Source: Chromera velia (taxonomy: Eukaryota). From it: DNA of 64,000 nt. The DNA is taken from assembly GCA_018398765.1 (NCBI GenBank), contig JAHBMJ010000245.1:62001-126000 (forward strand). Reading direction: 5' to 3'. Positions 1 to 11,368 of this stretch are shown in pieces. The translations under genes and the position numbers were made by a program. The notes beneath the pieces were generated by a model that saw nothing but the letters and a program-made list of their open reading frames with translations, made no database searches and was not told where the DNA came from. Each line of letters opens with the position of its first letter. Position 1 is the first letter of the stretch.

Positions 1-2800
1 CAGCCAAACCTTTTCGTATTCTTTCCAAATTACGTGTTCATCCTTCTCCTCAGTGGCCAGAGTCTCTATAAGCTTCGCAAGCTCTGGGCACTGTGAAGGA
101 CATTTGTTTACCCCCCTTCCTATTCGCCCCCCCCTGCGCTCTGCTGCAGCACTCTCGGCTTCTATACCCTCTTCTACAGGCTCACTGCCCCTGTCTTCTC
201 CTTTCTTCTCCTTTAAATCTTCTTTCAACTGCGTGATTTCTTCTATGTACAGATCGGCATCAATCTTTGCAACTTCAGAGAGGGACGTATACTATTTTAT
301 GATCAAATCATCAACCCCCCCTCCCTCTGCTGATTCCAGCTCTTCAACGAGGTCACGAACCTCGTTTTGCGCCTTTTCCTGCCACTCTAACAAACGCGTA
401 CATGCGTAGGGCATTCCAAACTGGTGCCGTTCCACCAGGTCTAGTTGGTAGATCTTTTTCCACCCAGCCTCTCCTGCTCTCTCACTATCGACCTCATTCC
501 CCTACAACTCATCACACTGGTCGTTGGCTGCTTTCAAAATGGAAATGTCTGCATTTGGGAGAGAAGGGAGACTATTGTCCTGTAAGCGTCTCTGTATCAT
601 GCGATGAACGGTAAGCTTCATTGCTGCGTTACCGAGACCAGCCCTATAGCTGCTGCCCTTCAAAGCAAGGTCCAGCTCAAGATGAGACCTCTCATTTTCA
701 AAATCCGTCCCACTCAGGGATGGAGTATGAGAGTCCTGCAGGGCCTTTGATCAGGGACTGTCTCTTCTCCATATACAGCTCAACACTGGGGGGGTCAGAC
801 AGACATCCGTTGTCTACGTGCACCATCTGCAACTCCCATATTCTTTCCCACTTCTCACCAGCTAGTTTCACCCCGTCGTTCTCGACAAGCTCAAATGCGA
901 GCTTCACGAGCAAGACGCGCTGCCTCAGCTCAAGGGGACCGGGAATCAGCCTTCGCACTCTCAAGAGAATATGCTTAGCAGTGACCCACCGCTTTGCTTT
1001 TGCTGGCTCATCAAGACCGTATACGATCTGAAGAGCAGACAAAAGCTCTTCAAAGTCATGGTCATTTTTTTTGAAAACGGCTTGAGAGAGGGCACTCAGG
1101 AAGGGGCTAACCATAAGGTGGGAAACATGAGACACTCCAGCCAGAAAGCGTCTTATCCAATGCTATGGATCAAGGCGCATAAAAATGAGATTTGAAACAG
1201 AAGAATGATTCTAGTGCCTTGTCGCCCACTGCGATCTCCCTCTTCTCTCCTTCCTGAACAGCAATCACAGTCTGTATATCCTACTTGAGCGAGCTTGGGC
1301 TCAACATCTTCTTCATCTTCGTCATCAAATTTGTCGTCGTCTGCTACTAAAGATTCTGAAGGGCAAGGGGGATCGTCAGATGCCTGAGCGAGTTCACTTT
1401 CCTCCAACCCTTCTTCTCCTCCTCTCTCTATCCTCATTTCTTCTCCCTTGCCCTCTCCATCTAAAGTAACACCGCCCCCCCCCATCTCTTCGTCTCCATC
1501 TCTTTGAGGGTGCCAATAGAACTAACGATGGGATGTTTTCTCGGATTCCAGAAAAAAACCTTCTTCAAAGTAAATTCAGCTGGCGAGGGAGGACACTTTA
1601 ATGAGGGGAGGTGGTTTTGGGGATCAATCCACCCTAACATCTCAGATAGCTTAGGGTTTCCAGAATCATCAGACCCCACCTGTGCTTTGACCTGCTTCAA
1701 AATCCACTTTTCTTGGGCTTCTGGAATACGTGGCTATCTACGACTCTTAAGTGGAGCAGAAGGGGGGGCAGGAGGGGGGGGGAACAGTGCTTAGGGGGGA
1801 GGTGTTTGGGCTGGTACTGAAAAAGAGGAGGACGCAGCAGCTGCTGAAATTCCCGCAGAGTCAAGTGGAGCAGAAGGGGGGGCAGGAGTGGGGGGGAACG
1901 GTGCTTGGGGGGGAGGTGCTTAGGCTGGTGCCGAAAAAGAAGAGGACGCAGCAGCTACTGAAATTCCCATAGAGTGCACTGCAGCAGGTGCGGCAGCTGC
2001 TACAGCAACGCTAACGATAGGGACATTAGAGCGGCTACAAAGAGACTCTGTAGGGGGATCCACGTTGGGAGACTCCTGTACTTCAGGAGCAGTGTCCGCA
2101 GAGGGTTCAGCAGCAGCGCTCCTGTCACTCTCCTGTGTTTCCAAAACAGGAACTGTAAGAAAGCAAAGCAAAACAGAGGGTAACAGAGGGAAAGTGAATA
2201 TACATGAGAGAGAGTCCGAGAGTAACGGCAAGCAAAGTGTAGCCCAATGTAAAAGCAAGCGGCCCGACGGGGAGGAAGGAGGAAAATGGAGGGAGGAAGC
2301 CAAGTGGAGACTACCGTATGGAGAGCACCATAAACAACCAACTTAGGGCACGGAGGATGATGGAGGAAGCCCCTTGATCATCACTGGCTTGCTGTAGTCC
2401 TCCTTTGAAGGCTGCAAAGAATAAAGCAGGGTAAAATTGACAGTGTAGACAGGTAGACGCGTGACGGCTATACACAGAGAGCAATATGGAGACCACCAGC
2501 AGAGTTGAAAAATAAAGTAGGCCATCATAGACTTTGCAAGATAGTTGGTTGGCTCTTGCTTGTGGGCACCACCTGAGGCTGCCGATGCTGTCGGGAGGAC
2601 TGCAGTCAGTTGGACCAGTCATGGTCGCGCCCACATACATATCTCGATAACTAGTTAGTCCGTGCAGGACAGTCCTTGACCTTCTCATACTTGCTCTTCC
2701 ACGGTTTGCTCTTGGAATGGGACTTCCTAGAGTGTTCACCCTTTGCGAGAGCATCGATTCGATCCTCCCAATATGCACCTCCCTTGGCTGTCTTCGGCAT
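1..2800 (-). mobile_element. Decayed DNA-transposon coding region (DDE-type transposase pseudogene, resembling DUF6729-associated elements); continues off the left edge of the window
   Basis: Fragmented minus-strand frames contain ordered motifs FFWNP (~1550), GYTDCDCC (~1260-1285), MRLDP*HWIRRF..SH..F.SALS (~1090-1185, DxxH), IWELQMVHVDNGCLSDPPSVELY (~770-845) and SGTDFENERSHL (~680-717). Interrupted by TAG stops and frameshifts. Family assignment is recalled from motif order. Confidence 0.65.
1748..1975. repeat. Tandem duplication, 2 x 114 bp, inside the decayed transposon
   Basis: 1748-1861 aligns without gaps to 1862-1975; 12 mismatches, 11 of them transitions. Confidence 0.9.
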
Positions 2801-3949
2801 GCGAGAGTAGCGTAGGCTCTGGAGGCAAGACAACCAACTACTATTACAAACCACCACCAACGTCTAAAACAGAAAAATGAGAGACCAGAGCTTCATCACG
2901 AATGATGACGGCTTCCAACACTTTCAACGCTCTAAGAGAATCATGTTAATGGGAAAAACACGTTTCAAAACAGATTGTGTGAATGAAGAGAACAAGAACC
3001 GTAAGGTTATCAGTGGTTATCGGTAGTCTCCGTGGTGGAGACGGAGACCACGGGGCTGGTCTCCGTCGGGGGGTGTATAATGGGCACTCGGATACTATGA
3101 TGGTGTATACTATATTATAATGTCCCTACGGGACATGCCGTAGCCCCCAGGGGTGAGATAGGGTAAGAGGTGTGTTCATTCAATCGTGGTACATGCAACA
3201 GGTTGTTGGCCGCGCAAAGGTGTAGCCGCGGTATCTGTAAATACCGCAGAGGGCCAGAGATGGCTGGACAGGCTTCAAAGCGATTGAGAAGATCGAAGAA
3301 ATAAGAAGAGCTCTGCTATTAGATACGTTTGCTAATAAGAAAATTAATGATGTACAAGGACTTCGCTAACACATGGTGCTAACGTGAATAAGCATGAAAA
3401 AGAAAATGAAATTGTAACCGCACCAACACATTACTGATAAATCTTTAACAAATTATTTTTGCTTATATAAAAAAATTAAAAAATATATAAAATAAAAATT
3501 ACAATGCTCCCTGCTTAAATCTACTTACATTTTTATTTTTTATTTACGGAGTCAATATATATATAGGTCTTTTATATACAGACACACATGCTGTAATCTT
3601 AAAGTTTCTTTCATTATCTTTCATTTACTTTTATTTATAGATCATTCTACTAGTAGCCAAACATTATATACGCCTTCTATTATCAATTTGCTCTTTTAAA
3701 TCATCTGTGACTGAGACTGTGAGCTAGTCTTAGCTAGTCTATAAAATGTTTGAACACCCTGTTATACAAGACCAAAACTACACGCTTGCTACGCTTGCTG
3801 TATTAGTTGCTGTAGTTGACTGTGCCCACTTACTCACTCACTAACACACTTAGTCACTAAGTCACTAAGTCATTCTTGCTTTCCTCACTCATTCACTCAC
3901 TCACTGTCTCACTTGCTCACTCACTTACTCCCTCATTTTCCCTGTCTAT

Positions 3950-6330
3950 CTTCGATCACTTCCCCACATGCCTAAAGTTGACGGCTTCTATTAATACTCT
4001 CACATTCACATGCCCAAACGGCTTTTGTTCACACACTTGCTCTCTTTGTCTCTCTTTGTTTATTTCTATTTCAAGCCCTGGCAGTTTGAAGTTCTGTTTA
4101 CACACTGAATCTCATTCTCTCTTAGTGACAGGCTGTCTCTATTCATTCAGATACCTACACGCCCATGCAAACATCATGCTTGTGTGAGTCCTTGTCCCTT
4201 TTCATTCACCCACACGCCCAAACGGCTCCTCTTCACCTAGCCTGCTCACACCGCTTCACACACTCACTTTCCCTGCCTGTATTCATTCATTTACATCGTC
4301 GTAACACCCAAAATGGCTTCTGTTTACACATTCGATAGGGGTGTATGATACTGAGGGGGGGGTGGTATGTAGCGCTATGAGAGCTGAGGGTGGATGCCCC
4401 CCCCCCGGTGTGATTCAGAATAAGGTCATCTGAAAATGCCAGACTACGGATGGTGAGGGGGTGTGAGGCATAATGGTGGACAAAAAAAACTCCTAACTTC
4501 TCAGCTATACAATATCCTAAAATCTTTTCAACTATCTAAGACTATCTTAAAACTCAAAAACACTAATATATCTTAAACTAACAGACACTATTTAAAAGTG
4601 TCTTCAAACTAATTATGTTACTAATATGTCACTAGCTTAGTTAACAATCGTGTGCGATCTCATTCATATGCAACTTGTCAATGACTGTGCAAGTCATCAG
4701 TACTTTTTCGATCTCCAAACAGTGAGAGATGCTGAGAGGAGAGGGAAAGGCGATAGAGGGAAAGGCGATAGAGTTATACATGCATGTACTCGATCTCGGT
4801 CCATCGAGACACCATGTATGAATACGATACACCAATTGCGTGCAAAGAGAAGGACTGAGGAAGGAGAAGAAAACGTTGGAACACCTGACTACCCCAACAC
4901 AAAGTCACCCTGATATGTTCTGACAAGCCTATGGACCTCCTTGGTTGGGTGGGTGTTGCTGTTCAGGCATGTTTAGGTGTATGGAAGGTGAAATTAATTT
5001 TAAACGTTGAGGATAGGTTGTGCGGTTTGAGTTTCAAAAATGGTCCACATAATTTTGAGAGACTTTCCCCGGTTTGCACACACAAAACATGTTATGGAGC
5101 ATCGTTGCATGCATGAGCCTCTAAAAAAAAAAATGCATGCATGCATGCATGCATGCATTAAAAAGCTGAATGTCAGCCTCGGTGGGCAACTCTGCATGGA
5201 CACCGGGGGGGGGTATCCCTTCTCGTACGGGCTGGTAGCAGCGGACGCCAGGGGGGGCGGTGTCTGGCGTATCGGGCGTGAAGCACCCGATGCCCGTCCC
5301 GCCATCCACGGGCATAACGGAGCAAGATTGGATGCCCCCCCCCCCCCNCCCCGGTGTCCTGATAGGAGGATACACCCCTATATATCACATTCGCTCTCCA
5401 GGTCTCTCTTCATTATTCTTTATTGATTCAATGCATGAGGCCTAAGCAGCTTTTATTCACACACCCGCTCTCTTTGTATCTCCTTGTTTCTTTTCATTCA
5501 CCCACATGCTCAAACGGCTTCTGTTCATATACTGACTCTCTCTGTCTCTCTTAATTCATCAGCAGGCTCAAGCGGCTTCTGTTCATACACTTGATATCTC
5601 TTCATTCATCCACAGGCCTAGCCATAGGCTCGAGTCACTGTGGCTTTTGTTCAATGACACACAATTGATCCCTCTTCATTTATCTACGGGCCTAAACGGC
5701 TCCTGTTCCTAGCTTCTGTTTATATGCTCGTTCTCCTTATCTCTCTTTCTTTACCCGCACGCCCAAGCGGTTTCTGTTCACATATTCGCTCTCCTTGTAT
5801 TTCCTTGTCTCCCTTCATTCACCCACATGCCCAAATGGCTTCTATTCATACACTCACTCTCCTTGTATCTCCTTTTCTCCCTTCATTCACCCACACGTCC
5901 AAACGGCTTCTGTTTATACACTCGTTCTTCCTGTCTCTCTTCACTCATCCACAGGCCCAAGCGGCTTCTGTATGTTTCTGTTCACACAGTTGATCTCTCT
6001 TCATTCATCCACAGGCCTAAGTGGCTTCTGTTCACACACTTGTTCTCCTTATCTCACCCGCACACCCAAACGGCTTCTATTCATAAACTCATACATACTC
6101 ATAAACACGCTCGCTCTCTCTGTCTCTCTTTATTCATCCACCTGCAGGCCTAAGCGGATTCTGTTATTGCAGACACACTTTCCATGCCCGTGCACCCACA
6201 CGCCCAAACATTCACCCACACCCCCAAACGGCTTCTGTTCACACACTTACTTACCTAGCTTTATCCACAGGCCCAAACGGCTTCTGCTCACATCTCTCCC
6301 TCTTAAACTCACCAAGCGCTGGACCCATAT
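3950..6330. repeat. Degenerate minisatellite array (~50-65 bp unit, core CACCCACACGCCCAAACGGCTTCTGTTCACACAC), interrupted by an insertion at 4335-5385
   Basis: The core (c/t)aa(a/g)(c/t)ggcttctgtt recurs many times (e.g. ~4014, 4218, 4310, 5510, 5570, 5691, 5762, 5831, 5899, 5957, 6017, 6066, 6224, 6273). Confidence 0.8.
4335..5385. mobile_element. Non-autonomous DNA element (~1.05 kb) with 12-bp inverted ends and 8-bp target-site duplication
   Basis: ATAGGGGTGTAT (4335-4346) is the reverse complement of ATACACCCCTAT (5370-5381). CACATTCG is duplicated at 4327-4334 and 5386-5393. Removing the insert restores a normal minisatellite unit. No convincing ORF inside. Confidence 0.75.
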
Positions 6331-6959
6331 GTGATGAGCTTCTCCACAACATTTCAAAGCGAATACTACAGTATCCACAGCGACACATACTATATATAGA
6401 CAGTATTTTGCATTATTTTACGTCCCAAATCCTCAAGTGGAGGTAGAAGGAAGTCGAGAAACCAGGTGCTGAAGAACGATAAGAGGCCCGGGGCCAAGTA
6501 GAGAGAAAGAAGATGGGCAAAAAGAGGTTCCTGCAGATCAAATTAACCGTTTTTCCTCTTTGTCAAGCGCACTTAGTCGTGGTGCGGCTTAATCCTAACT
6601 CTGTAAGGCGGCATGTCTTAACTTACCACTGAGCTTGGTAGCATAGTCAAATAACGGAGCAATTTAGAACAGCTTCACTTAGATGGTGTACTTTATCGCC
6701 TTCTTCGAAAACTACACAGATGATCGAATCTAGCTACGTACAATTCCTTTCCATGTGTGTTTTTGCATATGTGTACTGATACATCAAGGTTAGACAAAAG
6801 GTGCATGCATGTTCGCCACGCGCTGTATACAGTTGCCGGAAAGCGGGTCCCGAAAGGCAAATATAACCCGATTTATTGGTAATTCGACTTTTTTTTTTCT
6901 ATAGGTGCGGCTAAGGGCCTTAACAGATACCATGGCCGGGGGCCACGGCATACAAAATT

Positions 6960-7080
6960 ATTAAAAAGCCGAATGCGCAGGGCGCGCCCGCGCGCGGGCG
7001 GCGGGCCGCGGGGCCCCGCGGCGCGGCTCGATCGATCCGCATGCAGTAGCGAGGCGAGGGCGCGGCCCGCGCGCGCCAGG
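6960..7080 (+). promoter_or_regulatory. GC/CpG-rich putative promoter of the FBPase gene, with two adjacent perfect palindromes
   Basis: Palindromes CGCCCGCGCGCGGGCG (6985-7000) and GCCGCGGGGCCCCGCGGC (7005-7022), then CGATCGATC and GCATGC, ~200-260 bp upstream of ATG 7243. Confidence 0.45.
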
Positions 7081-7242
7081 CAATCTTGGGCAGTTTGTCT
7101 CCTCTTCGTCACTCTGTCCAGCTGCCTCTCTGCGACAAAGATCTCCACAGAGCTTTGAAGAGACAGGGAGAGAGTGTGAAAGGTGAAACAGGAGATTGTC
7201 TTGTCGAACGGAACGGAAACGCTCGTGCGAAGACAGCAGAGA

Positions 7243-8583
7243 ATGACCACGATGTACATCTCTCCTCCTAAGAAGACCCTCAGTGAGACCTTTGAGGAGA
7301 TCTCCAAGAGCCCAAGCCTGATCCCCGAGCTTGGAGAGTTCCTCATTGCCAACACGCCCCATGGGTCTAGTGTCGCCACCTGTGATGAACTCAACAGGTC
7401 AGCTCGCACCCTCTCGTCATGTTCTTAGCATCTCTCTCCTCTTTCTTCAAGCGTCTCCTTTCCCCTGCCTGCAGGCTTCTGACAGGTATCAAGCTGGCCG
7501 CCAAGGTCGTCAACCGAGAGCTCTCCAAGGCAGGGCTTGCAGACATCCTGGGAGCTGCTGGTATCGAGAACGTACAGGTGAGTGAGTGTGTTCACCCACC
7601 TGATTCACGCGTGGTCTCTTCAATTCCCGTCTCCTTTTGCCTTTCTCATGTGTCTAACTTTCACTCCTCTCTGCAGGGTGAGCAGCAGCAGAAGCTGGAT
7701 GTCTTCGCGAACGACAAGTTCATTCAGGTGGGGTCAGCTCGGACACTTCTCTTCGCATAAGGAAGAGGTGCATTCGCAGTTCGCTCTGTCTGCTGCGTCT
7801 TTCGCCGCTCTACGCAAGTGTGGGCGTCTCCGAACTCTGTCTCTATGCTGTCTGCTTTGCAACGATCCAATTTCCCCCCCTTCATTCACGTCCTTTTGTC
7901 CGGTCTTCGTCTTCCCGACTCCATCGGCATCTTCCGGCCCTAAACATTCTTCCCCTTTTTCGATGGCAAACGAGAGCAAGCTGTAGAGACAAATATTCTG
8001 CCAAAGCGCAGGTAGGCCTGTGTCCAGGTTCGGATGTTCCTACAATGTGCCTTTTTCATTCTCTCGTTTCTTCAGAAATCTTCTCCGCGTTTCTTTCTGA
8101 TTTTTCATTCGCTTCCTGCTTTTGCCTGTCCTGCCCCATGCCTCCCTCTTGCTTGCTTGCAGGCCCTTGCCAACCGAGAGGTCGTGTGCGGCATCTGCAG
8201 TGAGGAGCTCGACGAGTTCATCCCCGTGAACCCGAACTCCAAGTACCTCATCCTCATGGACCCCCTCGACGGTCGGTCTCTCTGTCTCTGTCTCTCCCTC
8301 TCTCTGTCTCTCTCTCTCTATATACTTACTAGCTACATGGAGGTCCAAGCACAAGAAGAGCTGAGGTAAGAGCCGATCTCCCCTCTATTCAGACAGTCGA
8401 ACACACCGCAAAAAAGAGTCGCATCCCCCCATCTCACTGAACAAGGAAACAGAAGAAATGGCAGGTACAGGCACCAACACACAGCCAAAGCGACGCACAC
8501 CCAAGAGAACAACCGCCAATGCAACAAAACAAGCGCGATTAATGACGATGAATATACCTCTCTGTCACACACATACGCACACG

Positions 8584-8657
<74 letters not shown>

Positions 8658-11368
8658 TCGCATCAAAATTTTCATCAAGTCGTCTGTCGCTCTTCGCCTC
8701 TCTCACTGTCTGTCTGTGTGTGACTGCATGTCCACGCCCTCTTTTTTTCTTGATCTGTCCCCGTCTGTGTTTGGAAGCTCGTCTGCCTGCCTGACTTCCC
8801 TCCCTTCAGGTTCCTCCAACATCGACGTGAACGTGTCTGTGGGAACGATCTTCTCGATCCTCAGAAGAAAGACCCCAGTCGGGACAATGCCCGAGATCTC
8901 CGACTTTCTCCAACCAGGCAGAAGCCAGGTCGGGTCGGGAGGGTGGGCTAGGGGGCCGGGGGGTCAGGGGAAGATATTATGACCGAATGAGTCAGGCCGG
9001 GAGCAAAAGATTCCCTTCCGGGATTCTTGGGCCCTTTCAAATGGATTCTGTCGTCATCCTTTTTGCTCATCTGCTCTTCTGCATTCATTGTATTTCTTCT
9101 GTCTGTGAAGAAAGGGGAGTGAAGGAGAAACAGGGCCAGAATGGGGATTCGTTCGAACGTGTTCGCAGCCACTCGTAAATGGTAGATGGATCTCACACAG
9201 ACCATCTTCCTGCGGCGTCTCTCTCTCTCACACAATTGATTTCACCCAATGATGGATGGATGTAGGATTGGATGGAACGAACTACTGTTTGTTGACTCCA
9301 CCCTCCCTGCACGGTCTGATGAAGGCAGTTTTTCATGACGTCGGTTTTGTTCATTCTGCCTGTCTACGCTATTTGCAGCTGTGCGCCGGATACGTCCTGT
9401 ATGGCAGCTCCACCCAGCTGGTCGGTTGGTGAGGGGGCCTGCTGCTTTATTCTTCGTTTGCTCGCATGAAGTTGACATGAGAATGGGATAAGCCGATTTG
9501 TCGATTTCTTCAGAAGAGAGCGGCATCGGTAAAGAAAGTCTCGAATGCTTGGTGTTGTGTAGGATCCGGATGCTTGGTGTAGTGTAGAAGAGGGGGGGTC
9601 GATGGGGCACCTGAGGCTGCGTGGGTTGTGATTGAGATTCCGAATCGTGTACGATGTATGGATAAATGGAGAATGCACGAAAGAACGGATGTTCTGATGA
9701 GATGTGGTCTGCTTTGGGTATTATGCAGTAGCTCCTTTTTCACTCCGAGAGAGGGGAAGAAAGAGAGTAAGAAACGGAGGTGGTCTGCAAAGGGTAACAG
9801 GATCACCTGCCTGACTGCCTTCCCGCGCGGTTAATCGACCCTATTGTCCTTCGTACGTATCTCTTCCGTTCTCTCCCTTCCATTCTGTCTGTGTGTCTTC
9901 AGGTGGTCACCACAGGCAACGGCGTCCAGGGGTTTACTCTGGACCCCTCTCTTGGGACATTCTACCTGAGTCACCCGGAGCTCAAGTTCCCTGTACGTCT
10001 CTCTTTATTCAGCTCTGTATTGTGTATAGCTGCGTGTTCGTGTAGTGTGTCATTGAGCGTATGCCTATGTGTGTTAGTGAGCCCTCGCGCCCGTATTTGG
10101 TAGTGAGAGGAGGGGATAAGTAGGAGAGGAGGTTCGAGAGTGAAGAGAGGCAGAAGAAGGAGGTGTGCATTATTTTTCTCTTCCGTGTCGATTTTCCATC
10201 GAGTCACTCCTTTGAATCGCCAGTGCTTGCCCCCCAGTTCCTTCCTAGTTCAAAGCGCGCCCCCCGTCTTTCTTTTCGTGTTCATTTTTTCTTTCTTTCT
10301 TTCTTCCTCCCCGAGAGAGTGTTTGCAGTCCTCAGCCTCTGTGTACTCCTGCAACGAGGGCAACTGGCTGGCGTTCCCCAAGGGCGTGAAGGAATTCATC
10401 GACTGGTGCCATGACGATGAGAAGGTGAGTGAGTGAGTGCGTGAGTGAGTGAGTGAGTGGGTGTGCTTATTCTTTTTGAGGTCCTTTTAAGGGAACATCT
10501 GCGTTTGTTCCTGGGATTGTGCTTGGACCAAAAAAGGGGATCGGAGTTCTCTGGCGAGGGTATTTGCGGTCTCGGCTGGGATCTGATTGAAGAGCCTTGA
10601 GCCCGGTAGCCATGCCCCTCTCTTTCCTTATGCTGATTCCACTCAGTAGTTCATTTTTCCCCTTTCATTATTCCTTTCCCCTGTTTCTTGTTTCTATGTG
10701 CAGGGCATGAGACGGCCCCTCTCTCTTCGGTATATCGGGTCTCTGGTTTCGGACTTTCACCGCAATCTCCTGCAGGGAGGCATCTACCTCTATCCTCCCA
10801 CCAAGAAGGGTCGGTCAAGAGGGGTAGGAGGAATCTGAAAGGGGGGAGGGGGGGCTGCTTTCTATCAAGTATGCTTCCCATCATTTTCTCTCCTCTTCCT
10901 CGCATGCCATGGCAAGGGATGTTTTTTGAGTGTCTCTCTCGAAAGATATTTTGTGATTTCTTTTTTCTCTCTATCTGCTTTTGTTTTTTTAAGACTACAG
11001 ACGGTATCAGTGACGAAAAATTGAATGAGAACACTGGGCATGCTTCCCTGCTGTTTTGTACAAGAACATACGGCATTTTTCTCTCTACGAACTGATGGAT
11101 GAATGGATAACTGCCTTTCCTGCCTGCAGACAGAAGAGGGAAGCTCCGACTTCTGTACGAGGCCAACCCGATGGCCATGATTGCAGAGCAGGCTGGAGGG
11201 ATGGCGGTTGACGGTTTCAACCCCATTCTGGACATCCAGCCCTCCTCCCTGCACGAGCGCGTCCCTCTGTTCACGGGCAGCAAGGTTCTTGTCGGACAGC
11301 TGATGAAGATGATGAAGGAGTTGAGTCCGGAGGAAAACATGGGATTGAACCCCGGAATCGAGAAATAA
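7243..11368 (+). CDS. fbp: Fructose-1,6-bisphosphatase class I, 369 aa, 10 exons: 7243-7397, 7475-7577, 7677-7727, 8163-8271, 8810-8928, 9379-9420, 9903-9992, 10329-10424, 10704-10809, 11130-11368
   Basis: Spliced translation has [70 protein letters not shown] and [21 protein letters not shown]. All introns are GT-AG and phases are consistent. Confidence 0.96.
8565..8652. repeat. (CA)n(GA)n compound microsatellite in FBPase intron 4
   Basis: Directly visible; similar CA/GA compounds at ~22348-22475, 58766-58830 and 60300-60377. Confidence 0.9.

Noticed and set aside
3950..6330. Repeat array as CRISPR or coding repeat (e.g. ORF 5795-6334)
   Set aside because: Units are degenerate along their whole length with no unique spacers or cas genes; eukaryotic context; frames are low-complexity or broken.
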